Shown here: positions 26,803 to 39,837 of the stretch, one piece after another
Layout: each line of letters opens with the position of its first letter
Numbering within the stretch: the stretch's first letter is position 1
Assembly (NCBI GenBank): GCA_043228905.1
Contig: JBHGNT010000021.1
Coordinates: 11,594,001 to 11,658,000, forward strand
Source of the DNA: Azolla caroliniana
Taxonomy: Eukaryota > Plantae > Polypodiophyta
Direction: 5' to 3'
DNA length: 64,000 bases
Notes under the pieces: model-generated
The model's database searches: none
What the model saw: only the letters and a program-made list of their open reading frames with translations
Told to the model about the DNA's origin: nothing
Made by a program: the position numbers and the translations under genes

Positions 26803-27152
26803 AAGAGGAGTGCCGAAAGAAGAAAACGAGAGTCAGCTTCGACTAGCCAACAACTCATAAACTATGCCACGAATTCTAATTATGATGATCATGGCAGGAT
26901 GTTCGTAATGAGGCATAACGCGCATTCGATGTCGACACAGTGTCTGACTAGTACCTCTTCCCCAGAAGATGTATGGTTTGTAGACTTTGGAGCATCCAAT
27001 CACATGACGTCTCAAGAAGATTGGTTCCGAGAGTTGAGAAAGCCTGATCAACTTGGTTATGTTGAAACCGGAGATGACACAACTCACCCAATTTGGAATA
27101 TCAGAAATGTCCCATTCGGGAACGACGGCAAACAAACCTACCTAAAGAACGT
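26803..27152 (+). pseudogene. Fragment K: protease region of an older Copia element (host of A and of the 27153 insertion)
   Basis: VWFVDFGASNHMTSQEDWF..VETGDDTTHPI, related to but distinct from the G/B/I protease. Confidence 0.85.
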
Positions 27153-29120
27153 TGTCGTGGAAATACGCTCCTGCGGGTCAGTTGAACGGGACCACCGGGG
27201 TCTTTGATCGGGGAGGATGAATTGGTTGTTTTGGGCTTATTGTCGGGTCGTTCTTTATTGTTGAAGACACTTGTGTGGGTTGGACACCCCTTAATGCAGT
27301 TGAGAGAGATGGAGTGAGAGAGAAGCGGAATGAGAAAGTATTTAATATAGATAGGTAGGTAGATTGATAGAGACGAACGGCTGGAAATTCCAATTCCGGG
27401 TTTGAACCCTTGACTTCAATTTCGAGAAATAAGACACATCACCAATAAGATAAATAGGTTTGTTCTCATTAACATCTTGATTTAGTACATAGATTGATTG
27501 ACCCCCTTCTCTTTTCTTTTCCCCCCTTTATATTGAAGCCCCCATGCATGTGATCCATGTCAGGGTGCAAGACATACATACAATGCATGTAATGCATGCA
27601 ATGTATGTCTGCCACTTGGCGCTCATGCATTACATGTGATGCATGATGTCCATGTCACTCATCGAAGCTCTCATGTATGAGAATTTACATGTGAAAAATA
27701 TAATGGAAAATACAACTTTCAAAGAAATGACTTGGCTTGGTGGTAAGTCAATTGTGTTATGTAATATTGTCCCTCCTTGTGGGGGAGTCGGCTAGAAAGT
27801 TGAAATGAGAGTCGGTTGGCTGAAATTGGAAAAAAAACAGAAATTGGATTCAGCCAAATAGAAGTTCAAATGAATACACACACATATATATATACATAGT
27901 CATATATATATGTGAGATAAGTTAGTATATTTATAGAGAGAGTCGTATTAGCGGCATATATATGTGGGATAACTCACTGAGAGAAGCTCGAAAGTCAACC
28001 CTTCTTGGTTTTCTCCTTTCCATGTGATTTTCTCACTGTTGCCGAAAAGCTTCACAACATCCACCCCCACCAAACCGTACGTCCTCTGGTACGTGCCAAG
28101 AAGAGAGTGTGAGATTTTGGCTACGGTGGTCAGTCTGATTTCTCCACGTCCTCATTGACTTCACTCACATTTGCGGGTTCCGTCCTACTATCTTCATTGT
28201 CAAGGTCATTGAGGTCAGGACCCTCATCTTGAAGATCTTTACTCTTTTTCCCGCAATGGATATGGCCAACCCTGATCCATCTAGCTCCGCAAGGTGGTAG
28301 GTGGCGTTGTCATTGGCCCTCATCACCACATACAGTCCAAACCACCTTCTTGCAAACTTCCTTATTGTTTTGTGTTGGTTGTCAAGGGTGTTGTTGTAGA
28401 CCAGTACCCAATCTCCTTCTTCGACCTTCTTGGGACGCAATCAATGTGTCTTGTTGAACCGAATCTTGTTCGACACACGTGTTGTCTCCATTATCTTTCG
28501 TGCTTTTTCTAGATCTTCGGGTCTTCTTTCAAGCTGCCTTGTCTACGCCGCTAGTAATTCTTCCCGGCTCATCTCGTTTTCCCATGGTATTGCCACCCAT
28601 GAGGTGATCGTCCTCTCAATGGGCATTACCGGCTTTTGTCCATACATGAGCTCTGTTGGCATATAGCTTGTCACAGAACTATGTGTAGTTCTATCGGCCC
28701 ACAATATATAAGGCAATAGTCGTGGCCAATTCCCAACTCAACCATCGCATGCTCGTACGATGGATTTGACTATCGCTCCATGCCCTCACTCGATTTTCCC
28801 ATTTGCTTCTGGATTGTAGGCAATCGTGAGGGAGAGCTTCACACTAGTTGCTTGAAGAGTTCCATTGCTTCGCGGGCATCCAGGTCCCCTCGGTCAGCCA
28901 CTATCTTTCCAATGCATCCATATCGGCAGACAACTTCCGACGGATGATGTTGTCTTATTTGCCAAGGCTCGTCCCTCTACCTGATTTGTCAGGTCTTCTC
29001 TTGCCAGTACCAAGTACTTCATATGTCCCACTCCCATTACCATCAAGACCAGATCCACCATCCATTCGAAGTGTATGGTGTGTGGGTATGTCGGTCGTAA
29101 CTCATCACAGTGACGTATGT
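27153..29120 (-). mobile_element. Truncated D-like Gypsy: 3' LTR (27153-28059), PPT (28060-28076) and integrase
   Basis: LTR TGTCGTGG...TTCACAACA; PPT GGTTTGGTGGGGGTGGA on minus; KFARRWFG..YHLAELDG and FEWMVDLV; left flank ACGT; right end is a deletion junction (approximate). Confidence 0.88.
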
Positions 29121-29344
29121 TGTTGTTGCAACTCCCCATGTTGTTGCTGTGTTTGCTGTTTTTCTAGGGTGATTTGTTGAAGATCCCCTAACAACCGTTG
29201 GTTTTCTTGTTCCAAGGCAACAAAATTTTCTTTTAGACACTGTAGCTCGGAGAAAATGGATTGGTATTCTTGGGCACTAACAGAAGCCATTGTATAGAAA
29301 AAGGATAAGAGGATGAGGGAAACCAAAAGAAAGACTAGAGAGGA

Positions 29345-29356
29345 AAATTGGTTCAA
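29345..29356 (-). promoter_or_regulatory. Putative self-priming PBS of E1
   Basis: Element-sense TTGAACCAATTT, 2 nt after the LTR end, is perfectly complementary to 29572-29583, which begins 33 nt downstream of the TATAAAA at 29616. Confidence 0.65.
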
Positions 29357-29447
29357 ACTGTTAGGAATAATACTAAAACAGAGAGAGAATTAGTACTAGA
29401 GAAGGGAAGTACTATTAGTACTAAGAGGACGGGACTGCGTAAGACTC

Positions 29448-29505
<58 letters not shown>

Positions 29506-29721
29506 GATGATAACAAATGATATATTATGTGAAGAGCAAGTACAAAAGGGCTATGCGGCTTAAGACTGGCATTGAACCAATTTGGTTCAAAATAATGCCT
29601 AGTGCCTTCTTTTATAGTGTTCTTAGGAGTAATCTTGAAGCTTCTAGAATGTTCCAAAGAAATCTGGAATATACATTAATTTCCTATAATACCTTAAATG
29701 AAAATAATATCCTACGTATTA

Positions 29722-29790
29722 CAATAGATGGTATAATGGTCAAGAGCTCGATCCATATAACATAAGGTCATGGCTTTGAGTCTTGCCATA
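29722..29790 (+). other. tRNA-derived A/B-box segment in the E1 LTR
   Basis: A box TGGTATAATGG at 29729; AAGGTC variable loop; decayed B box CTTTGAGTC at 29774; U8-to-G53 spacing 45 nt. Confidence 0.6.
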
Positions 29791-29798
29791 TCATGACA

Positions 29799-30617
29799 TC
29801 CGCTACCGGAAGATAGCTCGCAAAAGATGAAGGAAGTTGCAAAAGAACCAAGCTTAAGGAATCCAAAGACAATAGGTCTCGTCTTCACTAAAGAGACGAA
29901 GGGAAAGCTATGAGTTGGAAGGGAGGATTTCCTCCTCCCTGAAGAAGAGCGAATGTTTCGCGACATGCTTGAGAGTCATGGGAAGGCTTTCGCATTTTTC
30001 CCACAGGAAATCGAATGTGCTGATCCAAGGACGATAGAGCCGATGATAATCTTCACGGTGCCGCATGTGCCTTGGAATTTGAACCCGATACCAGTTCCGA
30101 GAGCACATCTACCGAAGCTGATCGAGCTCTTAACGAAGAAGGTGGATATGGGAATTTCGGAACCATCGAATGTGTATCTTACCTCAAGGTGCAACGAACT
30201 CGGTGGCTCATATGGTGAATGCCATGAACAAGGTCTTGAAGAATTGCATCCCGGGCATCATGATGCCATTCTTGGATGACATTCCAATAAAAGGATATTT
30301 GGATGAGGAAAACGATGAATCGAATGATAAGGATGGATGGAGAAATTTTGTCGTGGATCATATGAAAGATTGTGACAAGGTGCTCCAAAGGCTCAAAGAT
30401 GCGAATTTGACATTTTCGGGAGAAAATTCCGCATTCGGGCAAGTGGAGATCTTGGTGGTAGGTCACTTGTGTGGAGCATACAGTCGGAAGCCTTCGCCAT
30501 CCAAGGTGAATGCGATCCAAGACATGAAAGAAGAATGTGTAACCCAAATAGAGGTTCGAAGGTTCCTTGGAGCATGCGTGTTTTATCATACGCCCACATT
30601 GTTGAGCCATTATACGG
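29799..30617 (+). pseudogene. RT fragment of a plus-strand D-family Gypsy
   Basis: HGKAFAF..VPHVPWNL..EPSN, an internal deletion near 30172, then LPQGATNSVA and MPFLDDIPIKG; closely similar to 42000-43095 on the other strand. Confidence 0.9.
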
Positions 30618-30966
30618 TGTCGTGTCGACCAAGGACTGCACGAAACAGGAAGGGGAAGAGAGCGAAAGTGGCGAACCGGCAATTATCGGCTACAAACGAG
30701 TAGCTAAACGAGGGCCGGCAAGTCCCGTTACCAGCATGTAATGCTCACCGGACCAAACAAAAACACAACTAGCTCTCATCGGCTCACCAAAAACACGATA
30801 GCGTACAAAGAATAGACAGGGGCACGCTCCCAACCAATTACGGGACAGCAACGAGTTAGAGAGCACACAGATACACCGGGAGACGACAACTCATAGAATC
30901 GATTCAACCTAATAAGTGATTACAATGCTCCCAAGACTACATCGGCACGACAGTGACCAACCAAAC

Positions 30967-31291
30967 TGTTGAGCGGCAAGCTCAACCGGAGCCGGATCGG
31001 CTGAATAAGCCGGAGCCGGTAAGCGAGACGGATCGGGCGAAACGGATCGGTATGACGGTGAGCAACCGAACCGGCAAGCAGTGGAGACCGGGTGCAATCT
31101 GTAACCGGAAGTCCAATCGGAAGCCTAGTATAGGATAGACTACTAGGTAGCTATAGTCTCGTAGTAAGTGTCAGATGCTCGTGTGAGCATTGAAGTACAT
31201 GGTACTTCTGTCAGTCCCAAGAGGACTTGTATAAATAGTGCTACTTAGCACAGTGTGTGTACAGAGTCTTGATATAATTTTGAAATTGTGT

Positions 31292-31334
<43 letters not shown>

Positions 31335-34300
31335 CTCTGTTTTACACTTCCGCAAACACTTACGTTTACATGGTATCAGAGCGCGAGGGTTGAGAACCTT
31401 TGCTGCAGACATTTACTCTTGAGAAGAAAACCCTAACAGGTCGAAAACAGACACAGTAGAAGACATGGATAGAGGCATGGCTACGTCGCTCCCGGTGGAG
31501 AAGCTCGACAGGAGCAACTACGCATCCTAGTCTTACAAGATGCACCAGTATCTGCTTGGACACGGGTACTGGAGTTATGTCGAAGGAGCGAATGATGCGG
31601 CGCCCGACTCGGCACACAAGGACTTCCCGGTATGGGAACAGGCGGCAAGCAGGGTGATGTACTGCTTTGCGTCCAGTGTCGGCGATCAGTTGCTCAGCCA
31701 CATCCATGACGCCAAGACACCGAAGGATGCTTGGGGGAACCTCAAAAAGGTTTTCGCCGCAAGCACCACTGCCCGGAAGCTGCAACTCAGACAAGAGTTG
31801 AGCAATGTTCGACAGAAGAACATGTCCGTGGCAGACTACACGGGCCGGATAAAGGAGATTTGCGACTCGCTCGGCTCTATCAATGTTACCGTAGAGGAAG
31901 ACGAGATGGTGCAGGTATGCCTCGGAGGCCTGGCGTCCAAGTTCGGAGCGTTCCGGACTGCGGTGTGTACAAGGGAGAATACCCCCTCATTCTTCGACTT
32001 ACAATCGATGCTCCTTGTAGAGGAGAACCACGCTGGTGCATCTACCAGTGCATCCCCGGACAGCTGAATGCTGTACACGGGAACGGATCGGCTCCGTGGG
32101 CGTGGTGGAAGAGGTGGGTCAGCACGCAATGGAGGCGACCGGCAAGAGCAGGAACAGAGGCACTATGAGCGTGCCGACAGCAGTTCCGGGACTTCCACAA
32201 GCAGGGGGAGTCAAGGCGGTGCCGGAAGCCGGCAAGACAAATCCGCTACGGAATGCTGGTACTGTGGCAAAAAAGGCCACAGGGAAAGCGAGTGCTGGAG
32301 AAAGCGTGCCGATTCGGACAAATCCGGATCCGGCAAGACCGGTAAGGATGGCCGGCAAAACTCGCACTATGCAAACGGATCAGAAGGATCCGAAACCGGA
32401 AAGGCCGGTAAGGGGCTAGCCTTGGTGATGAATCACAAGGCAAACTCAATGAAGAAGACCACTTCCAAAACGGACGAAGTGTGGTATGTTGATTCCGGCG
32501 CGTCGAACCACATGACGAGCCACAAAGAGTGGTTCTCCTTTCTGGAGAGACCGGATCAACCAGGAGTAGTCGAAACCGGAGACGACACTCCTCACCCAAT
32601 CATGCATGTCGGAGAAGTCCCTCTAAGCCACGTCGGACAGAAAGGGAAGCTGATGAACGTATTACACGTTCCGACGATCACGAAGAACCTGGTGTCCGTC
32701 GGTCAGATTGTCGACCAGGGGATGCAGGTGCGGTTTACGCACCTCGGGTGCTTCATTGAGGATGAGGGCTAAGTCATTGCGCAAGGGCATAGAGACGGGA
32801 GGATGTTTATCCTCGACACCAATGACTTTGGCACCGCTCTGTTCGCGAAACGACAGAAGGTTGAGTCGGACATCGACCTGTGGCACAAGCGGATAGGCCA
32901 CGTCAACTACCGGAGGCTTCAAGATCTGCAAACGAAACAAGTCGTTTTCGGTTTGCCAAAGTTCAATGGCCGGAGAGCCGAAATTTGTGAAGCCTGCCAA
33001 CTTGGGAAGCAACACCGGCTTCCATTCCCCACCGAACGGAACCGGAGCCGTAACAAGCTCGATCTCATCCATTCGGATGTGTGGGGACCGGCACAAAGTG
33101 TAAGCCTTGGCGGGAGCCGATACTTTGTCTCCTTCATCGACAACTATACTCGGCATACTTGGATCTACCTCATTGAGCGGAAGAGCGAAGTCTTCGACTG
33201 TTTCCGGAGCCTCCAGAAGATGGTGGAACGGGATTCGGAGAGGAAGATCAAATGCCTTCGGTCGGATGGCGGAAAGGAATATTTTTCCGGCCAATTCACT
33301 AGTTATTTGCAGCAGAAGGGAATTCGGCGAGAGTTCATCTGCAGATACACACCGGAGCAAAACGGTGTGGCCGAAAGGAAGAACCGGACACTCGTCGAAG
33401 CGGCAAGGGCAATGCTGGAGGAAAAGAGCATGCCCCGGTTCTACTGGGCGGAGGCGGTCCAGACGGCTGTCTACATACAAAACCGCATCGGTGACAAGGT
33501 GTCAGCTCATGAGCTGTATTTCGGGCGCAAACGGAACTTAAGACACCTTCGGATATTCGGCAACATAGCGTATGTGCATGTGTTGGATCAGAAGCGGAGA
33601 AAGCTGGATGCAAAATCGGAAAAATGCATCCTAGTCGGCTATGCTCAAGAGCAAAAGGGGTATAAGTGCTATAACCCCCGGACGAAGGAAGTCCAAGTTA
33701 GCCGGGATGTCGAATTCGATGAATCGGCATCCTGGTACTCCGTACCGACTCCGACTTCCGATCCCGACCCAATGTCGGAAGATCAGGCCAGTGAGCCTGA
33801 ATCAGCCCTGTCAGAGGATGATGAAGCCGGGACTCAAGATGAGAGTCCGGAATCATTACGGTTGAGTGGACCGAACGAGCGACTGAGTCGGTTGGACCAG
33901 TCGGATGAAGAGACGGCAAGTGGTGGAGACTCTGCCGTGCTCTCCCCGCGCAAGGAACCAAGGAAACGGTTCACGCGCAAAGAGAAGGGGAAGAGGAAGA
34001 TGCCGGAATTCGAAACCGGCAACGATGAGTCGGATCGGTGCGTATCCGACTCCGGAAAGGAGAAAGGCGGATCTTCGGCAACGAAGACCGAACTGGCCAA
34101 GAAGGGCCTCAAATCAGGTGACGGTGCGTTGCACCGATCAACTCGCCAGAAGGATCCCGTCATGCGGTACGGGTACAATGAATACATGGCGCATCATTAT
34201 GCGTACATGACTAAGGTGACAGAAGTGCGTGAGCCGGAGAGCTACGCAGAAGCGACAAAGGACGCAAATTGGCGTGCCGCTATGGACGAAGAAATGCGGG

Positions 34301-36814
34301 CACTCGATGCCAACGAAACTTGGGACCTAGTTGATCCTCCCCGTCATTGTAAACCGATCGGATGCAAGTGGGTGTACAAGGTCAAGTACAACGCCGACGG
34401 TTCTGTTAACCGGTACAAAGCCCGGTTAGTGGCGAAGGGATACGCGCAGACCCACGGAATCGACTACGACGAGACCTTCTCTCCTGTGGCGAAGATGACG
34501 ACGGTTCGTGTGGTACTGGCGGTTGCTGCGGCAAGGGGGTGGCATCTTCACCAGATGGATGTGAAGAACGCCTTCCTTCAAGGAGAGCTTGAAGAAGAAG
34601 TCTTTATGACTCAGCCCCCCGGATTTCAATCGGAGATGAACAAGTCGGCGGTATGCCGACTGAAGAAGTCGCTTTACGGCTTGACGCAAGCCCCCCGAGC
34701 TTGGAACACGAAGATCACGCACCGGTTGCTTAAGCTGGGGTTTGCTGTCTCTAAGTCAGACTCTTCATTTTCATCCGGCAAGGCTCTGACGGTCTGGTAA
34801 GTATACTCTTGTATGTGGATGATTTAGTCATCACCGGACCGGGTCTTCCCGAAATCAACTGCGTCAAGTCCCAGTTGTCGGAAGCATTCGAAATGAAGGA
34901 CCTGGGGGACCTCCATTATTTTCTTGGGATCGAAGTGATCCAGACCCCGGACGGCATATTGCTCTCACAACGACATTACGTGTTAAATATGTTGTATAAG
35001 TTCGGCATGACGGATTGCCGACCTGTCTCCACACCCTGGATCGGAACCAGAAGCTCCATCCCAACTCCGGACCGGCCTGCAATGAGAAACGGTTCCGACA
35101 GGTTGTCGGAAGCCTGATCTACTTAACCATCACCCGACCCGACATCAGCTATCCGGTCGGCATGGTAAGTCAGTTCATGCAGAAGCCGACCGTGGAGCAC
35201 CTTCAGTGCGCGCAACGAATATTACGGTATGTCAGCAGCACTAAGGACTGGGGATTGCTATACCGGCGAGGTATACCCGAAGAGCTTGTCGATTACACAG
35301 ATGCTGACTGGGCCGGCGATGCGTCTGATCGCCGCTCCACTTCCGGATACATGTTCTCCATAGGTAGCGCGACCGTTGCGTGGAGCAGCAAGAAGCAGCC
35401 CACAGTGGCTTTGTCAAGCACTGAGGCTGAGTACCGGGCCGCTACCGTTGCCACTTGTGAAGCCATCTGGCTTCGGCGACTGCTGCGAGACATGCGGATC
35501 GAGGTACCGATCCTGATCCCGATTTACTGCGATAACATGAGCAGCCTGCAGCTCGCCAGGAACCCTGTGTTCCATGCTTGCACAAAGCACATCGAGGTGC
35601 ACTACCACTTCGTGCGTGAGCGGGTCCTGAGCGGTGAAATTGACCTACGGTATGTTCATACAGATCGGCAAGTTGCCGACATCTTCACCAAGCCACTCGG
35701 ATCGATCAAGTTGCAGCACTTTACCGACATGCTTGGTATTCAACATCTCGACGTGCCGCACTTGAGGGGGAGAAGCAAGGGCAAAGTCTCTATCGAAACG
35801 GGCAAAGGAAAAAAAACTGTTGAACCCGTCGGTAAGAGGAGAGCCAGAAGAAGAGGAGACAAGAAGATGAAGGAAGCCGAGTCGACGAAGGAAGTCGACA
35901 CATCCGAACAGGTCGGAGCAAGCGGCTGTGAAGAAGAGTTGTGCACTCAGGACCGGCTGAAGAAGCCGAGGGAAGCATGGAGAAGGCCAAGACTCGGAAG
36001 TGGTCCGATGTGGTGAGAGGCCTGAACCCGGAAGTCGAATCGGAGTGTACCGATTCGGACAAGAGCTGGAACGAGTCGGAGACAACTGACTCGGATCAAC
36101 AGATGGATTCGGATGAGTCGGATCGACTGAAGGCCATGGGGACACAGACACAGCGGAAGTCGATGCCATCGTGGGAGAACCGACGGATCGGCAAGCGTCG
36201 GAGTCACAACAACGTGAGTGCTGAGATGGGCCTATTGAGCAGACATGCCGACCGAGAGGGTCGAGGCGCGCAGAACCAAAGGGTTCGCGGCAAACGGGAC
36301 CGGACCGGACGAGGAGCGCGAGCAAGGCGGAGTGACGCCAGGAGAAGTCGGTTGGAAGAACCGACTGCCACAGAGGTCGACACTACGACCCCACCTCAGG
36401 TAGAGCTTGAGGGGGAGTGTTGAGCGGCAAGCTCAACCGGAGCCGGATCGGCTGAATAAGCCGGAGCCGGTAAGCGAGACAGATCGGGCGAAACGGATCG
36501 GTATGACGGTGAGCAACAGAACCGGCAAGCAGTGGAGGCCGGGTGCAATCTGTAACCGGAAGTCCAATCGGAAGCCTAGTATAGGATAGACTACTAGGTA
36601 GCTATAGTCTCGTAGTAAGTGTCAGATGCTCGTGTGAGCATTGAAGTACATGGTACTTCTGTCAGTCCCAAGAGGACTTGTATAAATAGTGCTACTTAGC
36701 ACAGTGTGTGTACAGAGTCTTGATATAATTTTGAAATTGTGTTCTGCTCTCTCTGTCTCTCTCTCTCTCTCTGTTGTTCTCTGTTTTACGCTTCCGCAAA
36801 CACTTACGTTTACA
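30967..36814 (+). mobile_element. Element I: full-length Ty1/Copia, TSD CAAAC; apparently the youngest insertion
   Basis: CAAAC at 30962-30966 and 36815-36819; LTRs 30967-31370 and 36418-36814 differ by only a handful of substitutions plus the CT tract; PBS TGGTATCAGAGC at 31371-31382; PPT before 36418. Confidence 0.97.
31465..36423 (+). pseudogene. Copia I gag-pol with few lesions (665-aa open INT-RT segment at 32803-34800)
   Basis: CWYCGKKGHRESEC, WYVDSGASNHMT, LWHKRIGH..CEAC, RSDGGKEY, PEQNGVAERKNR, YVDDLV, TDADWAG; stops at 31528, 32065 and 32770; frameshifts near 34770, 35035 and 35940. Confidence 0.95.
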
Positions 36815-37941
36815 CAAACACACACCTGAAACACGTAGTGGAGCCCCTGCTGGAAGTGCTCGAGCTTCTCTTGCAAGCAGAGGCGACCGATCAAAATCTG
36901 CAGAGATCAACAGGAATGAGGAGAAGAATGCTCAGTTCCTAGTCAGACAACACTTCGTCATCGCCAAAAATGTGATTCCCTTTCAACCTTCTCCCCTTCC
37001 TCTTTATAGCCGTCGGGGAGGGACTGTCACGTCCTATTTACATCGTCTTTTTTCTCTATCCCTTCGGATAGAGATACGCATCGATTTTGTAGCTAATAAA
37101 TACATTCTACCTAGTATATTTACATCAGACCGACCTATTCCTAGTTATGTACAAACTTGTCAATTTACACATCCACATGTAAAGGTCGGTTCACCCGCTT
37201 TATCCTCCAATTCCTCTTAAGGACGGTTTTCTTCACAACATCCACCCCCACCAAACCGCACATCCATCAGCATGCACCAGAAAGGAACAAATACCGGAGA
37301 AAATCGGCTCGTGTTCACTTGTTGCCCTCCAAATCATCGTCTGCTTCAAACCGGTCGTCATCGTCATCCGCGCTCCCCGGGTCCGGCTCATCTTCATGCC
37401 GCTTCTTGAAGGCCTTGATCCTCTTCTTGGCTACCGTCGAGTTCCGTGAGATTGTAAGCGCCATTGTCATTTGTGCTCGTTACGGCGTAGGGTCCGAACC
37501 ACCTCCTCACGAACTTACGCCTTGTGCTGGTTTTCGAGGCTGTGTTCGTAAACCAGCACCCAGTTGCCTTCATTGATCTTCTTTCGTCGTAGCCGGTGAG
37601 TTCGGTCAAACCAGCCTTTGTTCTTCACCCTTGCCGTGTGCAACCTCGTCCTTGCCCGATCCACATCCTCCGGTCTCTGCTCAAGCTATCGAATTCGTGT
37701 TGCCAATAGCTCCTCTCGGCTCAGCTCATCCTTCCAGTCCACCGCGGCCCAGGAGGAGATCGTTCGCTCCATCGGCATGATCGGCTTCTGCCCGTACATT
37801 AGCTTTACCGGCATGAACCTAGTTACCAAACTATGAGTAGTTCGGTCCGCCCACAATGTGTAAGATAGGAGCCGCAACCAATTCCCGACTTGCCCTTCAC
37901 ATGCCAATACTAATGCCTTCACGATCGGCCCGTGCCCGCGT

Positions 37942-38610
37942 TGTTGTGAAGATCCGTCACTATGTGCGGATCGTGAGGAGGAACCACCGGGGTTCTAGAC
38001 CGGAAGGACTCGAAGTACGCACTAGCTTTAGCGAGAAAGGATTTAAGATAGATTGAGAGAGAGAGAGATTGAGAGAGAGAGAGATTGAGATAAGATAAAA
38101 CGCTTGACTTTAGATTGAGAGAGATTATGATTGAACTCTTGACTTTCGATTTGAAGAACAAGATTGATACATCAATTGGATAACGAATTTCTTACTTTTA
38201 ATTTCTTGATTAATACATCACTCCCCTTTTGCTTGATTCCTCCATTGTTTTATAGATGCCCCCATGCATATGGTGCATGTGAGAGTGCAAGACATGCACG
38301 GAATGCATGAAATGCATGCAATGCACGCAATACATGCTTGCCATGTTATCATCTAAGCTCTCACACATGAGAATTTATATGTAAAACTGGTGATAAAAAT
38401 ATAAGCCCTAAAGAAATGATTTCGCTTAATGGTAAGCCTATAAACTCTCAACTTGGAGGTAAAAGGATCAAATCTTCACTTGCACTCTTTTTACAAGTAT
38501 TATTATATATATAATCTCTAAAGAAATGATTTCGCTTAATGGTAAGCCTATAGACTCTCAACTTGGAGGTGAAAGGATCAAATCTTCACTTGCACTCTTT
38601 TTACAAGTAT

Positions 38611-38653
<43 letters not shown>

Positions 38654-39765
38654 TTTTACAAGGCGTTTCTCCGTCCGGTCATCGTCTCGTTGGCACCGTT
38701 GGTCGCCGGATGCCGTTGTCGGATCCGTCGTCGGTCTTGTTGGTCGTCGGATGATGTCGAATGATGTCGGATGCTGTTGTCGGTCTCGTTGGCCCCATCG
38801 GTTGCCGGATGTTGCCGGTCGCTATTGCCGGATCCGTCCAAAACACATAGTTATATGCATTTGGCTACATCCATTTGTTAAGTCATACAACTTAACCTTT
38901 CTATGCTCCACACATAAACACAAAGATAATAGCTTTTGCTCAGCCTTATATATGCTCCACATAAACACATAGTTATATGCATTTGGCTACATCCATTTGT
39001 TAAGTCATACAACTTATCCTTTCTATGCTCCACACATAAACACAAAGATAATAGCTTTTGCTCAGCCTTATATATGGTGGGATCCTTATTTGTCCTATCT
39101 ATGTGGGATATCACATTGTTTTATTTTTCTCTTCTTCTTTGCAAACTTCATACCCACATAACTTGACACTTAGATGTTTATTTCCTACGTAGTAAAGTGC
39201 ATTCAAAAGCTCTTCAAGACCTCTATCTGTTTGTACCAAGATATTAAACTTATTTAAATAGTATCTTCACTATTATATGGTGGGTCCTTATTTGTCATGT
39301 CTATGTGGGATATCACATTGTTTTATTTTTCTCTTCTTCTTTGCAAACTTCATACCCACATAACTTGACACTTAGATGTTTATTTCCTACGTAGTAAAGT
39401 GCATTCAAAAGCTCTTCAAGACCTCTATCTGTTTGTACCAAGATATTAAACTTATTTAAATAGTATCTTCACTATTATATGGTGGGATCCTTATTTGTCA
39501 TGTCTATGTGGGATATCACATTGTTTTATTTTTCTCTTCTTCTTTGCAAACTTCATACCCACATAACTTGACACTTAGATGTTTATTTCCTACGTAGTAA
39601 AGTGCATTCAAAAGCTCTTCAAGACCTCTATTTGTTTGTACCAAGATATTAAACTTATTTAAATAGTATCTTCACTATTATAGTTTTATATTTCATGAGA
39701 AGAACCACACTCGATTTCGTATATTCCTCACAAGTTTCACACTATTGCCAAAAATCTTTACGACA
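37942..39765 (-). repeat. 3' LTR of D with internal tandem duplications
   Basis: Two separate duplications with ~115-123 bp units (38405-38630 and 38842-39075) and three copies of a ~202-bp unit (39071-39680). Confidence 0.9.
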
Positions 39766-39837
39766 TTGACCCCCACCAAACCGCTCGTCGTCCGGTACGT
39801 GCCAAGAAGGGAGAGTGTGAGATTTAGGCTATGGTGA

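Larger units (their letters stand above)
29121..29798 (-). mobile_element. Element E1: 5' LTR (29359-29798) and gag start of a Tf1/Tcn1-like Gypsy
   Basis: Termini TGTTAGGA...TCATGACA; shares motifs with LTR 61608-62098 (AGACTGG..TTGAACC, TTTATAG, GGAGTAATCT, TTCTAGAAT); coiled-coil ORF MASVSAQEYQ.. starts at 29290. Confidence 0.75.
30618..37941 (-). mobile_element. Element F1: truncated F-like Gypsy; 3' LTR 30618-37240 split by Copia I, then PPT and integrase C-terminus
   Basis: The LTR end GGACGGTTTTCTTCACAACA is the reverse complement of the F2 LTR start (1 mismatch); PPT 37241-37257; RRWFGPYAV and WADRTTHS; left flank ACGG. Confidence 0.85.

Noticed and set aside
27395-27412. B-box-like GGTTCAAACCC on the minus strand of a D-like LTR
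   Set aside because: No well-spaced A box, and not conserved in the other D LTRs.
32662-33480. Long antisense ORFs as extra genes (also 35645-36325, 52348-52917, 56135-57085)
   Set aside because: They are shadows of GC-rich pol frames with no recognisable motifs and inconsistent boundaries between copies.
35762-36423. env-like gene in the Copia 3' region
   Set aside because: The peptide is hydrophilic with no signal or transmembrane segment and appears fused to Pol; it is reported as a tail instead.
30967-36814. Intact autonomous element
   Set aside because: Even this best-preserved copy has at least three premature stops and several frameshifts.
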